Origin: Rickettsiales bacterium
GTDB taxonomy: Bacteria > Pseudomonadota > Alphaproteobacteria > Rickettsiales > UBA3002
Length of the DNA: 64,000 nt
Assembly (NCBI GenBank): GCA_965247335.1
Contig: CBDFGU010000009.1
Coordinates: 139,519 to 203,518, forward strand
Reading direction: 5' to 3'
Notes under the pieces: model-generated
Told to the model about the DNA's origin: nothing
Database searches by the model: none
Seen by the model: the letters and a program-made list of their open reading frames with translations, nothing else
Program-made: the position numbers and the translations under genes
In this document: positions 1 through 8,717 of the stretch, piece by piece
Numbering within the stretch: the first letter of the stretch is position 1
How the letters are laid out: each line of letters opens with the position of its first letter

Positions 1-529
1 TGCCGCCAGTGCTGACGACCACCCGCGCATCGCCCACGAACGCGCCGTTGATGCTAGCGCTCATCACATGCAGGTTGTAATCGCCCTTGGCGGATTCGAT
101 GGAGCTGCGCTCATCGTCACCGATGCCGCCTGTCACGTAATTCACATCCGGGCTGCTCTCGACCGGGTTCTGTGTTTCGATCATTGGAATATCGCGCGCT
201 GCCGCGATCTTTTTTGCCTTCACATGCGGTGCGGGCACATCCGTCGCACTGTCATTCTTCTTCACCATCGGCGACGTCACGATGGGTTTTGGCGGTGTGG
301 TGGTCGGCGCTGGCGGTACACTGGTCACTGGCGCGTCCGATGCCGGTGCGACGGTGTCGCTATCGTCCGCACTCATGCCATCCGCGTTGTGGTCGATCTC
401 CGCCACTTGCTCACGGTCCGCCGGCGTCATCAGTCCATGATGCTGGCTCCATTGTCCCACCTCCGCCGCCGCTGTTTGCGACAGCGTAAACAGTACGGCG
501 AATACGACGGGAACAGTAAGTTTCTTCAT
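1..529 (-). CDS. secreted hypothetical protein, partial (C-terminus lies beyond the left window edge)
   Basis: Absent from the ORF track because there is no stop in the window. My reverse-strand translation from ATG (529-527) is stop-free to nt 1: MKKLTVPVVFAVLFTLSQTAAAEV... (signal-peptide-like), a Pro/Thr-rich linker, then ...NYVTGGIGDDERSSIESAKGDYNLHVM. It supersedes antisense track ORFs 68-568 and 172-489. Confidence 0.5.
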   Translation of the reverse strand, partial: MKKLTVPVVFAVLFTLSQTAAAEVGQWSQHHGLMTPADREQVAEIDHNADGMSADDSDTVAPASDAPVTSVPPAPTTTPPKPIVTSPMVKKNDSATDVPAPHVKAKKIAAARDIPMIETQNPVESSPDVNYVTGGIGDDERSSIESAKGDYNLHVMSASINGAFVGDARVVVSTGG

Positions 530-636
530 GGCAAAACTCCTTTAAAGCAGATGCAAAGGCGACACTAAGCGCAACTGTGCAACGGCTTATGGGTGGAAGG
601 CAAGCAGCACGAGCAAGCCATGCACAACGAGTGCGA

Positions 637-1563
637 TTACGCGAATATCGCCTTCAGGCGCTTCGCCATCGGCTCCCACAAATGGCGTACCGCCGTGGGT
701 TTGCGCCTGATCGCCGCGACTGCATTCCGCAACGAGCGTTGCTTCAGTGCCGCGATAAGCATCGCATACGCGGCCTGTTCATCGAACCATGCTGCGCGCT
801 TCGCCTGCGCGTTCATCGTCGCCGCATCCAGCGTAAATCGCGCCGAGAATTCCTGATTTGCCGCCTGCATCGCCCGGATACTCTCTAGCGACGAGCGATG
901 CGAAATGGACCCTGCCCGCACCGTGTAGTGATAGCCTGCCGAAGCTTCGACCGCGCAAACCGCACCCAGCGCCAGTGCCTCCGCCAGAATGGAATAATCC
1001 TCTCCGATACGCAGTTCCGCGCGGTAGCGTAGTTGATGCGCCCGTAGGTACGCTGCCGAAAATATCGGTTTTAGATATCCGAGCGTATAGCCCCCTGCCG
1101 ATGGGAACGTGCTACGAATAAAACATTCCAACCCAAGTCTGCGCATTTCCGCGAACGCTTTTGACTCGAACATTGGGAACTCCTTGCCGTCTGCTTCGCG
1201 CACCACCGTCACATTATCGACCACCAGTTGCGCCTGGCTTGCCCGTGCCGTTGCGATGCACCGACTCACCCGCTCGGGCGCCATGGCATCATCGCCATCC
1301 AGCACAACGATCCATTCGCCTTGCGCTTCGGCGAATCCCTTGTTACGCGCCGCGCCCGGCCCGCTGTTATGTTCCATCCGGAAGCTGCGAATCCGTGGAT
1401 CATCCATCGCGGATATAAGTTGCCACGTCGCGTCCGACGAGCAATCATCCACGAGGATGATCTCGAACGTCACATTCTGTTGAGCCAGCGCACTTTCCAC
1501 CGTCCACCCGATGTAGCGTTCGACATTGTAGCTAGTGATAATGATGGAAGCGTCGAGCGGCAT
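637..1563 (-). CDS. family 2 glycosyltransferase
   Basis: N-terminal GT-A fold signature IIITSYNVERYI...EIILVDDCSSD...GPGAARNKG...VVLDGDD (DxD motif). Confidence 0.8.
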   Translation of the reverse strand: MPLDASIIITSYNVERYIGWTVESALAQQNVTFEIILVDDCSSDATWQLISAMDDPRIRSFRMEHNSGPGAARNKGFAEAQGEWIVVLDGDDAMAPERVSRCIATARASQAQLVVDNVTVVREADGKEFPMFESKAFAEMRRLGLECFIRSTFPSAGGYTLGYLKPIFSAAYLRAHQLRYRAELRIGEDYSILAEALALGAVCAVEASAGYHYTVRAGSISHRSSLESIRAMQAANQEFSARFTLDAATMNAQAKRAAWFDEQAAYAMLIAALKQRSLRNAVAAIRRKPTAVRHLWEPMAKRLKAIFA

Positions 1564-1820
1564 ATATCCAAAGGGTGAAGCATTGACGAAGATTTGTCAT
1601 ACAAGCCTGAAGTGGCCCGGCAATCAAAAATATTCAGTAGTGCCTGAATGCTGTGACATCAACCAAGCAAATATTTACCTGAAATACAGAGTAACGGAAT
1701 TCTATCTTTACGCACGCTTCGATATTCGCTTCAGATAATTAAGTAGCGTGCCCTCAGAAATGGAGCATTGCTGTTGAAAATGACTAAAGCTAGTTCCAAC
1801 GAATATATAGTGCGAGGTCA

Positions 1821-2840
1821 ATGATGGATGATTCGAAACATGACAAAAGCCGCAGACGCGTGCTCAAAGGATTAGGTACCGGACTAGCCGTAGCAGCCAT
1901 ACCGACCGTGGGTCTCGCCGCTGCAAATGAATCGACCGTGACCGTAAAGCGTACAGCGCAGCCTTTGGTTAACCCTGTCGATAAATATCCAAAGCCGCCT
2001 TTTGCGGCCGAGTTTCAACCATGGCCAGGCCTGGCCAGTAAAATGCACCCAAGGCCCGACCATGGGGAAACCAGCTATGTTGGTTCCGGGCGTTTGCTTG
2101 GACGTAAGGCGCTGATTACCGGTGGCGACTCGGGTATGGGCCGTGCTGCAGCCATCGCCTATGCCCGCGAAGGCGCGGACGTTGCCATCAACTATTACCC
2201 GAGCGAGGAGGCCGATGCAAAAGAGGTCATAGCCCTCATTGCGGCTGAAGGCCGCAAGGGTATTGCTTTACCGGGTGATTTGCATGACGAGGCTTTTTGC
2301 AAGGACTTGGTGGAAAAAGCGGTTGCTGCACTTGGCGGACTGGACATTCTCGTCAGCAATGCCGCCCGTCAGCAGACACGCGATTCCATCATGGACCTGA
2401 CGACGGAAGAGTTCGACGCTACCATGAAAACGAACATCTATGCACCTTTCTGGCTTATCAAGGCGACGCTGCCGCATTTGAAGCCTGGATCTGTCATCAT
2501 CGGCACGTCATCTGAACAGGTCACCGAGCCATCGCCAGAGCTTTACCATTATGCCATGACGAAATCGGCAACAACCAGCTATATCAAATCGTTGGCTAAG
2601 CAGTTCGGCCCAAAGGGTATCCGTGTGAACGGGGTAGCCCCGGGGCCTATCTGGACGCCACTGCAGATCAGTGGTGGGGCAACTGCCGAGAAATTGAAAA
2701 AGTTCGGTGCAGAAAAACCGTTTGGTCGCCCTGGCCAGCCTGTGGAACTGGCATCCATCTATGTTCAGTTGGCGGCGGATGACGCCAGTTATTCGACCGG
2801 TCAGATCTACGGTGCCACGGGTGGCTCGGCACAACCATAG
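1821..2840 (+). CDS. SDR-family oxidoreductase (YdaD/YghA-like) with an N-terminal twin-arginine signal-like extension
   Basis: ALITGGDSGMGRAAA (cofactor-binding Gly motif), NAAR, Y..MTK (YxxxK catalytic motif). The N-terminus is SRRRVLKGLGTGLAVAAIPTVGLAAA. Confidence 0.8.
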   Translation: MMDDSKHDKSRRRVLKGLGTGLAVAAIPTVGLAAANESTVTVKRTAQPLVNPVDKYPKPPFAAEFQPWPGLASKMHPRPDHGETSYVGSGRLLGRKALITGGDSGMGRAAAIAYAREGADVAINYYPSEEADAKEVIALIAAEGRKGIALPGDLHDEAFCKDLVEKAVAALGGLDILVSNAARQQTRDSIMDLTTEEFDATMKTNIYAPFWLIKATLPHLKPGSVIIGTSSEQVTEPSPELYHYAMTKSATTSYIKSLAKQFGPKGIRVNGVAPGPIWTPLQISGGATAEKLKKFGAEKPFGRPGQPVELASIYVQLAADDASYSTGQIYGATGGSAQP

Positions 2841-2844
2841 ACAA

Positions 2845-3696
2845 TTAGGATGCGCGCTGAGCTTTTCTCTCGGCGATAACGTACGTTACTTCGGCGCCAA
2901 AGTAGAGAATCTGCGCGGAATAGTAGATCCATACTAACATAACGACCAGGGAACCTGCAGCGCCGTATGCCGAGCCGATAGCACTGTGGCCGAGATAAAA
3001 GCCGATGGCAAATTTGCCGAGCGCAAACAACAGCGATGTTATCGCCGCGCCTTCCCACACGTCGCTCCAGGCCACGCGGGCCGACGGGATATAGCGGAAA
3101 ATGCACGCGAATAATCCCATCGTTACTGAAAAGCTGACTGCCATGTTAACGATAGAAGCGGCGACCGAAACGCTTTCGGTACTAGCATTACCGAAATTTA
3201 ACGCACTGAGCACCGTACTCAATATTAGGGATATTAGCAGCATGAATCCGGCACCCAGAACCATTGAGAAAGACAGGAACCGCTGTCGTAGAAAATGCCA
3301 TATGCCTTCATGTTTTTGCTTCTTCACGTGCCACACCTGATTCAATCCCGTGATCAATTCCCCAAAAACACCCGACGCACCGACGAGCAGGACCACTATG
3401 CCAATCAACGACGCCAGCGTGCCGTTCGAATCGTTATGCGCGTTGGTCAGCATGTCCTGGATAGCTTTGCTACCTTCACGCCCCACTACAGAATCAATCT
3501 GGTGCAAAAGTTGTCCTTGTGCGGCCTCGTGTCCGTAAATCAAATCTGCCCCGCGCAGGAACAGCAGGAAAAGCGGGCCCATTGAAAGCATACTGTAAAA
3601 CGCGATGGCTGCGCCGAGGCGTGGCGCGTTATCCTCCGACCATTTTTTCACCGATTCCTTGAGAACAGAAATATAGTCTGTAACCGTCATATCCAT
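2845..3696 (-). CDS. YihY/BrkB-family inner membrane protein
   Basis: 283-aa polytopic membrane protein. N-terminal ...APRLGAAIAFYSMLSMGPLFLL... is typical of the YihY family. Confidence 0.7.
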   Translation of the reverse strand: MDMTVTDYISVLKESVKKWSEDNAPRLGAAIAFYSMLSMGPLFLLFLRGADLIYGHEAAQGQLLHQIDSVVGREGSKAIQDMLTNAHNDSNGTLASLIGIVVLLVGASGVFGELITGLNQVWHVKKQKHEGIWHFLRQRFLSFSMVLGAGFMLLISLILSTVLSALNFGNASTESVSVAASIVNMAVSFSVTMGLFACIFRYIPSARVAWSDVWEGAAITSLLFALGKFAIGFYLGHSAIGSAYGAAGSLVVMLVWIYYSAQILYFGAEVTYVIAERKAQRAS

Positions 3697-3931
3697 TCTG
3701 CTTAATTGTTTGGTCCGAAAAATTCGTTTTGCGTCGACGCGGATACTGCATTGTGATCGTTACGTTCACATACCATTGTGTAAAAAGTCTATAAGCACAT
3801 CTAACCAATAAATATTAACAATCGTGGCACGCATACAGCAATCGCTTACAAAGCGGTTTTTTATTTTTTAGGCCACTAAAACTATGGGAGTTTTAGGCGA
3901 ATTTCACTTAACTCAGAAAAAGGTTTTTTGT

Positions 3932-4825
3932 ATGGCAACGCGACCCTATTGGAGTGGACAAATCAGGCTTTCACTGGTGTCGGTTCCAGTGAATATATAT
4001 GCCGCAGTCAATTCTGCACGCTCCGTGCCACTGCATGAGATTTATCGAAAAACCGGAACACGCGTGCATCACCAGCTGGTCGCGGACGATAAGGTTATTG
4101 ATCGCGAAGATATCGTAAAAGGTTACGAATACAAAAAAGGCCGCTATGTGCTGTTCGAGCCTGAAGAAATCCAAAAGCTGAAACTGCCTTCCAAGAATAC
4201 GCTGGAGATCGTGCAGTTTGCACCAGCGCACGAAATTGAACCGTTTTATTTCGAGAAACCGTATTTTGTCGTACCGAAAGATGACTCGGCAGAAGATGCG
4301 TTCGCAACGATCCGCGAAGGGCTACGCAAAACAGGAACCTATGGTATTGGCCAGTTGACGATTGGCGGGAGGGAGCGTTTATGCGCTTTGAAACCTTGCG
4401 GACGTGGCATGATGCTAGATACTCTGCGTTACAAGGAAGAAGTACGTCAGGCAGATGAATATTTCGAAGATATCGATGCCGTGAAGGTAGGCAAGGATGA
4501 GTTGTCGCTTATCGAGCAGCTTATCAAAAAGAAAACCAGTGATTTCACCCCGGATAAATTCCATGACCATTACCGCGAAGCATTACGCGAATTGATTGAC
4601 GCGAAGCTGGAAAACCGTGAACCGGAATATGAGGAAGAAGTGCCGCAGGGCAAGGTGGTGAACCTGATGGATGCGCTGAAAAAGAGCCTCGCTGGTAAAA
4701 CAACCGCCAAGCCAGCGAAAAAAAATGCTACTACGAAAACTGCGGCTAAAAAGGCTAAGTCGCAATCGAAAGCCACGCCAATCCCGAAACCGAAAGCGGC
4801 GAAGGCGCGCCGCAAGGCAGGCTGA
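3932..4825 (+). CDS. ku: Ku protein (non-homologous end joining)
   Basis: MATRPYWSGQIRLSLVSVPVNIYAA... is the characteristic bacterial Ku N-terminus, with a Lys-rich C-terminal tail. Start moved to the internal ATG at 3932 within track ORF 3884-4825. Confidence 0.9.
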   Translation: MATRPYWSGQIRLSLVSVPVNIYAAVNSARSVPLHEIYRKTGTRVHHQLVADDKVIDREDIVKGYEYKKGRYVLFEPEEIQKLKLPSKNTLEIVQFAPAHEIEPFYFEKPYFVVPKDDSAEDAFATIREGLRKTGTYGIGQLTIGGRERLCALKPCGRGMMLDTLRYKEEVRQADEYFEDIDAVKVGKDELSLIEQLIKKKTSDFTPDKFHDHYREALRELIDAKLENREPEYEEEVPQGKVVNLMDALKKSLAGKTTAKPAKKNATTKTAAKKAKSQSKATPIPKPKAAKARRKAG

Positions 4826-4826
4826 A

Positions 4827-7454
4827 ATGGCAGAGCGTAAGCTTAGTCAGTACAACGCCAAGCGTGACTTCAAAAAAACTAAAGAGCCGGCGGGCAAAGT
4901 CGGTCGCAGTACGACCGGGTTTACCTACCTCATTCAAAAACACGCGGCATCGCGCTTGCATTATGATCTTCGCCTCGAACTCGATGGCGTGCTAAAAAGC
5001 TGGGCAGTAACGCGCGGCCCAAGCCTCGACCCTGCCGATAAACGTCTTGCCGTCGAAGTGGAAGATCACCCGGTCTCCTATGGCGGCTTCGAAGGGATCA
5101 TTCCCAAAGGGGAATATGGCGGCGGCACCGTCATGATGTGGGATGAAGGAACATGGGAACCGCTCGGTGATCCGCATCAGGAGCTTAAGAATGGCAACTT
5201 GAAGTTTCGGTTGCACGGCAAGCGCCTGCAGGGGGATTGGGCGCTGGTACGCATGAAAGACCGGGCGAAAGACCGGCATCATAACTGGTTGCTCATCAAG
5301 CATACAGATGCGCATGCAAAGCCCGGTGAAGGTGAAGCCTATCTTGCCGAGCATGCAACGTCAGTAGTCAGTAAACGCAAAATGGAAAATATAGCAATGG
5401 ATGCCGATGAAAAATGGCAAAGCAAACCAGGCAAACATCCGGCGGCCAATGCATCGCCGCGGATGGGGAAGGCTGCAGTTGAAAAGAAGAAAGCAAAGAA
5501 CGTAAAAAAAAATACGAAATCGTCATTAAAAAAACTACCTGGCTTTATCCCGCCGCAGTTAGCCACGCTGACGACGGCAATGCCCTCGGGAACCGATTGG
5601 CTGCATGAAGTCAAATTTGATGGCTACCGTGTGATCAGCTATATTGAGAACGGCAACGTGCGCATGATGACCCGTAACGGGCTCGACTGGACGCATAAAT
5701 TCGGTGACCTGCCTGAAATGCTCGCGAAATTACCATTGAGCAACGCTATTATCGATGGCGAAGTCGTGGCGCTCGATGCCGATAATGTCAGCAGTTTTTC
5801 AAAACTGAAAAATGCGCTTTCTGCGGGAGGCGATAATCTCAGTTACTATGTTTTCGACCTGCTGTACCTCGATGGAAAAAATCTGACCAACCAGCCGCTC
5901 ATTGAGCGTAAGGCTCAGCTCGAGCCGCTCATCCGGAAAATGAGCCGTGTATTCTACAGCGAGCATTTCGTCAGCAGTAGCGATGAATTTCTACAGCATG
6001 CCTGTGCACTGCGGCTCGAAGGGGTAATCTCGAAACTCGCCAATGCTCCCTACCATTCCGGGCGCGGCCAAAGCTGGCTTAAAACGAAATGTCATAAACG
6101 GCAGGAGTTCGTCATTGGTGGCTATACATTGCCGTCAAATGGCACCGCCGGCATCGGTTCGTTGTTGCTCGGGTATTATAACGATAAAAAGCTGGTCTAT
6201 GCCGGACGTGTCGGCACCGGATTCGACCAAGCAATGTCACGTGAGTTAAAGAAGATGCTGAAACCGCTCGTGCGTAAAACAATGCCGTATGAAGTGTATT
6301 CGGATGGCGGTCGACGCGGACCCGGCTGGAAGCGCGGTGTTATCTGGACAGAGCCAAAACTCGTTTGCGAAGTGGAATTTACGGAATGGACGCAAGACGG
6401 TGCGTTGCGTCATCCCTCCTTCCAAGGCATGCGCGAGGATAAGCCGCCAACAAGCATCACACGTGATGTGGCGATGCCGACCGAACAGGCGAAACATGCC
6501 GCTCGCCACGAAGTGGCCCGCATCACGAAATCCGCACCCGCTAAAGCCGGTGCCGCTAAGCCTGCAAAATCCAAGAAGCTGTTGGATCAGGTAACACTGA
6601 GCCATCCGGACAAAGTTCTGTTCCCCGATAAAGGTTACACTAAACAGGACGTGGCTGATTATTACACGCAAGTCGCGGAATGGATCTTACCGGCGATATC
6701 CGAACGCCCGCTGAGTCTGGTGCGTTGCCCGGCTGGCAGTGAAAAACAATGCTTCTTCCAGCGTCATGCTGGCGAGGGTCTTTCGGAACACATCAAGACA
6801 CGTGAGATTGGTTCTAAAAAACGCGAACCCTATCTCATGATCGACGATGTGCAGGGGTTGCTGGCATTAGTGCAGATGGGCGTACTCGAGATTCATAACT
6901 GGGGAAGCCATGCCAAAACATGGGATAAACCCGACATGATCGTCTTCGATTTCGATCCCGATACGGATTTACCGTTCACTAAGGTGAAACAGGCAGCACT
7001 CGATCTGCGTGCGCGTCTGAAAAAAATGAAACTTGAGAGCTTTATTAAAACAACAGGCGGCAAAGGATTACATGTCGTCGTACCCTTCACGCCGAAACAT
7101 GATTGGGACACGATCAAGGCATGGGCGCGATCAATAGCGGAAGCAATGGCAGAAGCGTCGCCACACCTCTACACCACCAATATTCGCAAAGTAGCGCGCC
7201 AGGGGCGTATTTTCATTGATTACTTGCGCAATGGCGAGACAGCGACAGCAATCGCACCGTATTCGACGCGCGCGCGGGCGGGCGCAACCGTCGCCGTGCC
7301 GATTGGTTGGGATGAATTGAAAACGCTGAAAGCGGGCAATCTCTGGACCATCAAAACGCTACCGGCGCGACTTGCAAAATTATCGCGCGACCCATGGGAA
7401 AGATTTTACACTCTCAAACAATCATTCCCGGTAACAAAAAAGCGATCCAAGTAA
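4827..7454 (+). CDS. ligD: ATP-dependent DNA ligase LigD (phosphoesterase-ligase-polymerase domain order)
   Basis: N-terminal IQKHAASRLHYDLRLELDGVLKSWAVTRGPS (3'-phosphoesterase), central EVKFDGYR (adenylation motif I), C-terminal LigD polymerase/primase-like region. The ATG at 4827 is 1 nt after the ku stop; the upstream extension in track ORF 4725 overlaps ku. Confidence 0.9.
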   Translation: MAERKLSQYNAKRDFKKTKEPAGKVGRSTTGFTYLIQKHAASRLHYDLRLELDGVLKSWAVTRGPSLDPADKRLAVEVEDHPVSYGGFEGIIPKGEYGGGTVMMWDEGTWEPLGDPHQELKNGNLKFRLHGKRLQGDWALVRMKDRAKDRHHNWLLIKHTDAHAKPGEGEAYLAEHATSVVSKRKMENIAMDADEKWQSKPGKHPAANASPRMGKAAVEKKKAKNVKKNTKSSLKKLPGFIPPQLATLTTAMPSGTDWLHEVKFDGYRVISYIENGNVRMMTRNGLDWTHKFGDLPEMLAKLPLSNAIIDGEVVALDADNVSSFSKLKNALSAGGDNLSYYVFDLLYLDGKNLTNQPLIERKAQLEPLIRKMSRVFYSEHFVSSSDEFLQHACALRLEGVISKLANAPYHSGRGQSWLKTKCHKRQEFVIGGYTLPSNGTAGIGSLLLGYYNDKKLVYAGRVGTGFDQAMSRELKKMLKPLVRKTMPYEVYSDGGRRGPGWKRGVIWTEPKLVCEVEFTEWTQDGALRHPSFQGMREDKPPTSITRDVAMPTEQAKHAARHEVARITKSAPAKAGAAKPAKSKKLLDQVTLSHPDKVLFPDKGYTKQDVADYYTQVAEWILPAISERPLSLVRCPAGSEKQCFFQRHAGEGLSEHIKTREIGSKKREPYLMIDDVQGLLALVQMGVLEIHNWGSHAKTWDKPDMIVFDFDPDTDLPFTKVKQAALDLRARLKKMKLESFIKTTGGKGLHVVVPFTPKHDWDTIKAWARSIAEAMAEASPHLYTTNIRKVARQGRIFIDYLRNGETATAIAPYSTRARAGATVAVPIGWDELKTLKAGNLWTIKTLPARLAKLSRDPWERFYTLKQSFPVTKKRSK

Positions 7455-7472
7455 TCATTGCTATTTTGAATA

Positions 7473-8717
7473 ATGGCCCTATATTCAATACCTATGGATA
7501 TTGGTGCAAAATTAAGTATTCTCGCGGATGCCGCAAAGTACGATGCATCCTGTTCTTCCAGCGGTTCGAAAACGAAGCGTCAAGGCAAGGGTATAGGCAG
7601 TACGGAAGGTGGCGGAATTTGCCATAGTTACACGCCGGATGGCCGTTGCATTTCGTTGTTGAAAATCCTTCTCACCAACTATTGTATGTTCGATTGCAAA
7701 TACTGTGTGAATCGTATTTCAAGTGACGTTGCCCGCGCGCGCTTTACGGTCGAAGAAGTCGTAAACCTGACACTCGATTTTTACCGGCGGAATTATATCG
7801 AAGGACTATTCCTAAGTTCGGGTATCGTGCGTGATAGTGATTACACGATGGACCAATTGATCGGTGTGGCGAAATCCTTGCGTGAAGTGCACGGGTTCAA
7901 AGGCTATATTCACCTGAAAACAATTCCCGGCGCCTCGGATGAGTTGTTGGCGGAGGCCGGGCGTTATGCCGATCGTCTCAGCGTTAATATCGAACTGCCG
8001 ACGGAAGCCGACCTTGCCACGCTTGCCCCTGAGAAGAATCGTCCCCAACTGGAACGCAATATGGCAGAAGTGCATGTCAAAACATTGGAGCGTAAGGAAG
8101 ACAAAAAGCGTGGATTAAAACCACCTGTTTTCGCCCCCGCCGGCCAGAGTACGCAAATGATCATCGGGGCAACACCCACGCCGGATAAAGATATTCTGAC
8201 GACTTCACGCACATTGTACCAAAGTTACAAGTTGCGCCGCGTCTACTATTCCGCCTTCAGTCCGATTCCACATGCAGATGCCCGCCTGCCAGGCATTAGC
8301 CCCCCAATGATGCGTGAGCATCGCCTTTATCAGGCGGATTGGATGTTACGATTCTACGATTACAGCGTCGAAGATATTGTTAATGATATCACACCGAATC
8401 TTGAGATCGATATTGATCCAAAGACGGCTTGGGCCATTCGTAATCCGGGTTATTTCCCGATCGACGTCAATCGCGATCCGCGTGAAAAATTACTGCGTAT
8501 TCCAGGGCTCGGCGTTCGCTCGGTAAATACGCTATTATCCGTGCGCCGCTTTCGTCGAATTCGGCTTGAAGATCTGTTGCGGCTCAAGGTCGCATGGAAA
8601 CGTGCCAAGCCGTTCGTGATCGCCGCAGATTACCGGCCTTCCACTCTGCTGCTGGATAGTGAGCATCTGGCGAATTATCTGCGTCCTGCGCCGAAACAGT
8701 TGCATTTTGCATTCTAA
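7473..8717 (+). CDS. putative DNA modification/repair radical SAM protein (TIGR03916-like)
   Basis: CMFDCKYC (CxxxCxxC) cluster motif. N-terminal KLSILADAAKYDASCSSSG and a ~414-aa length match the family that pairs with DUF4130/UDG proteins. Confidence 0.8.
   Translation: MALYSIPMDIGAKLSILADAAKYDASCSSSGSKTKRQGKGIGSTEGGGICHSYTPDGRCISLLKILLTNYCMFDCKYCVNRISSDVARARFTVEEVVNLTLDFYRRNYIEGLFLSSGIVRDSDYTMDQLIGVAKSLREVHGFKGYIHLKTIPGASDELLAEAGRYADRLSVNIELPTEADLATLAPEKNRPQLERNMAEVHVKTLERKEDKKRGLKPPVFAPAGQSTQMIIGATPTPDKDILTTSRTLYQSYKLRRVYYSAFSPIPHADARLPGISPPMMREHRLYQADWMLRFYDYSVEDIVNDITPNLEIDIDPKTAWAIRNPGYFPIDVNRDPREKLLRIPGLGVRSVNTLLSVRRFRRIRLEDLLRLKVAWKRAKPFVIAADYRPSTLLLDSEHLANYLRPAPKQLHFAF

Noticed and set aside
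68-568. 166-aa and 105-aa plus-strand ORFs at the left edge
   Set aside because: The minus strand carries an open frame from ATG 529 to nt 1, with a convincing signal peptide and coding-like composition. The plus-strand products are Arg/His/Cys-rich and implausible.
3855-3880. cgctt-aca-aagcg hairpin followed by a T-run (terminator-like)
   Set aside because: The stem is only 5 bp and there is no upstream gene on that strand to terminate, because the neighbouring yihY-like gene is divergent.
3884-3931. Upstream extensions of ku (3884), ligD (4725), the integrase (19260) and the 38051 ORF
   Set aside because: The extensions overlap upstream genes or AT-rich non-coding DNA and add non-homologous residues. 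Internal ATGs at 3932, 4827, 19452 and 38246 give family-typical N-termini.
3697-3931. Possible LexA/SOS box upstream of the ku-ligD-radical SAM-UDG string
   Set aside because: I looked for the alphaproteobacterial GTTC-N7-GTTC direct repeat. Only gatcGTTACGTTCac and a duplicated cattgtg were present, and neither fits the consensus spacing.
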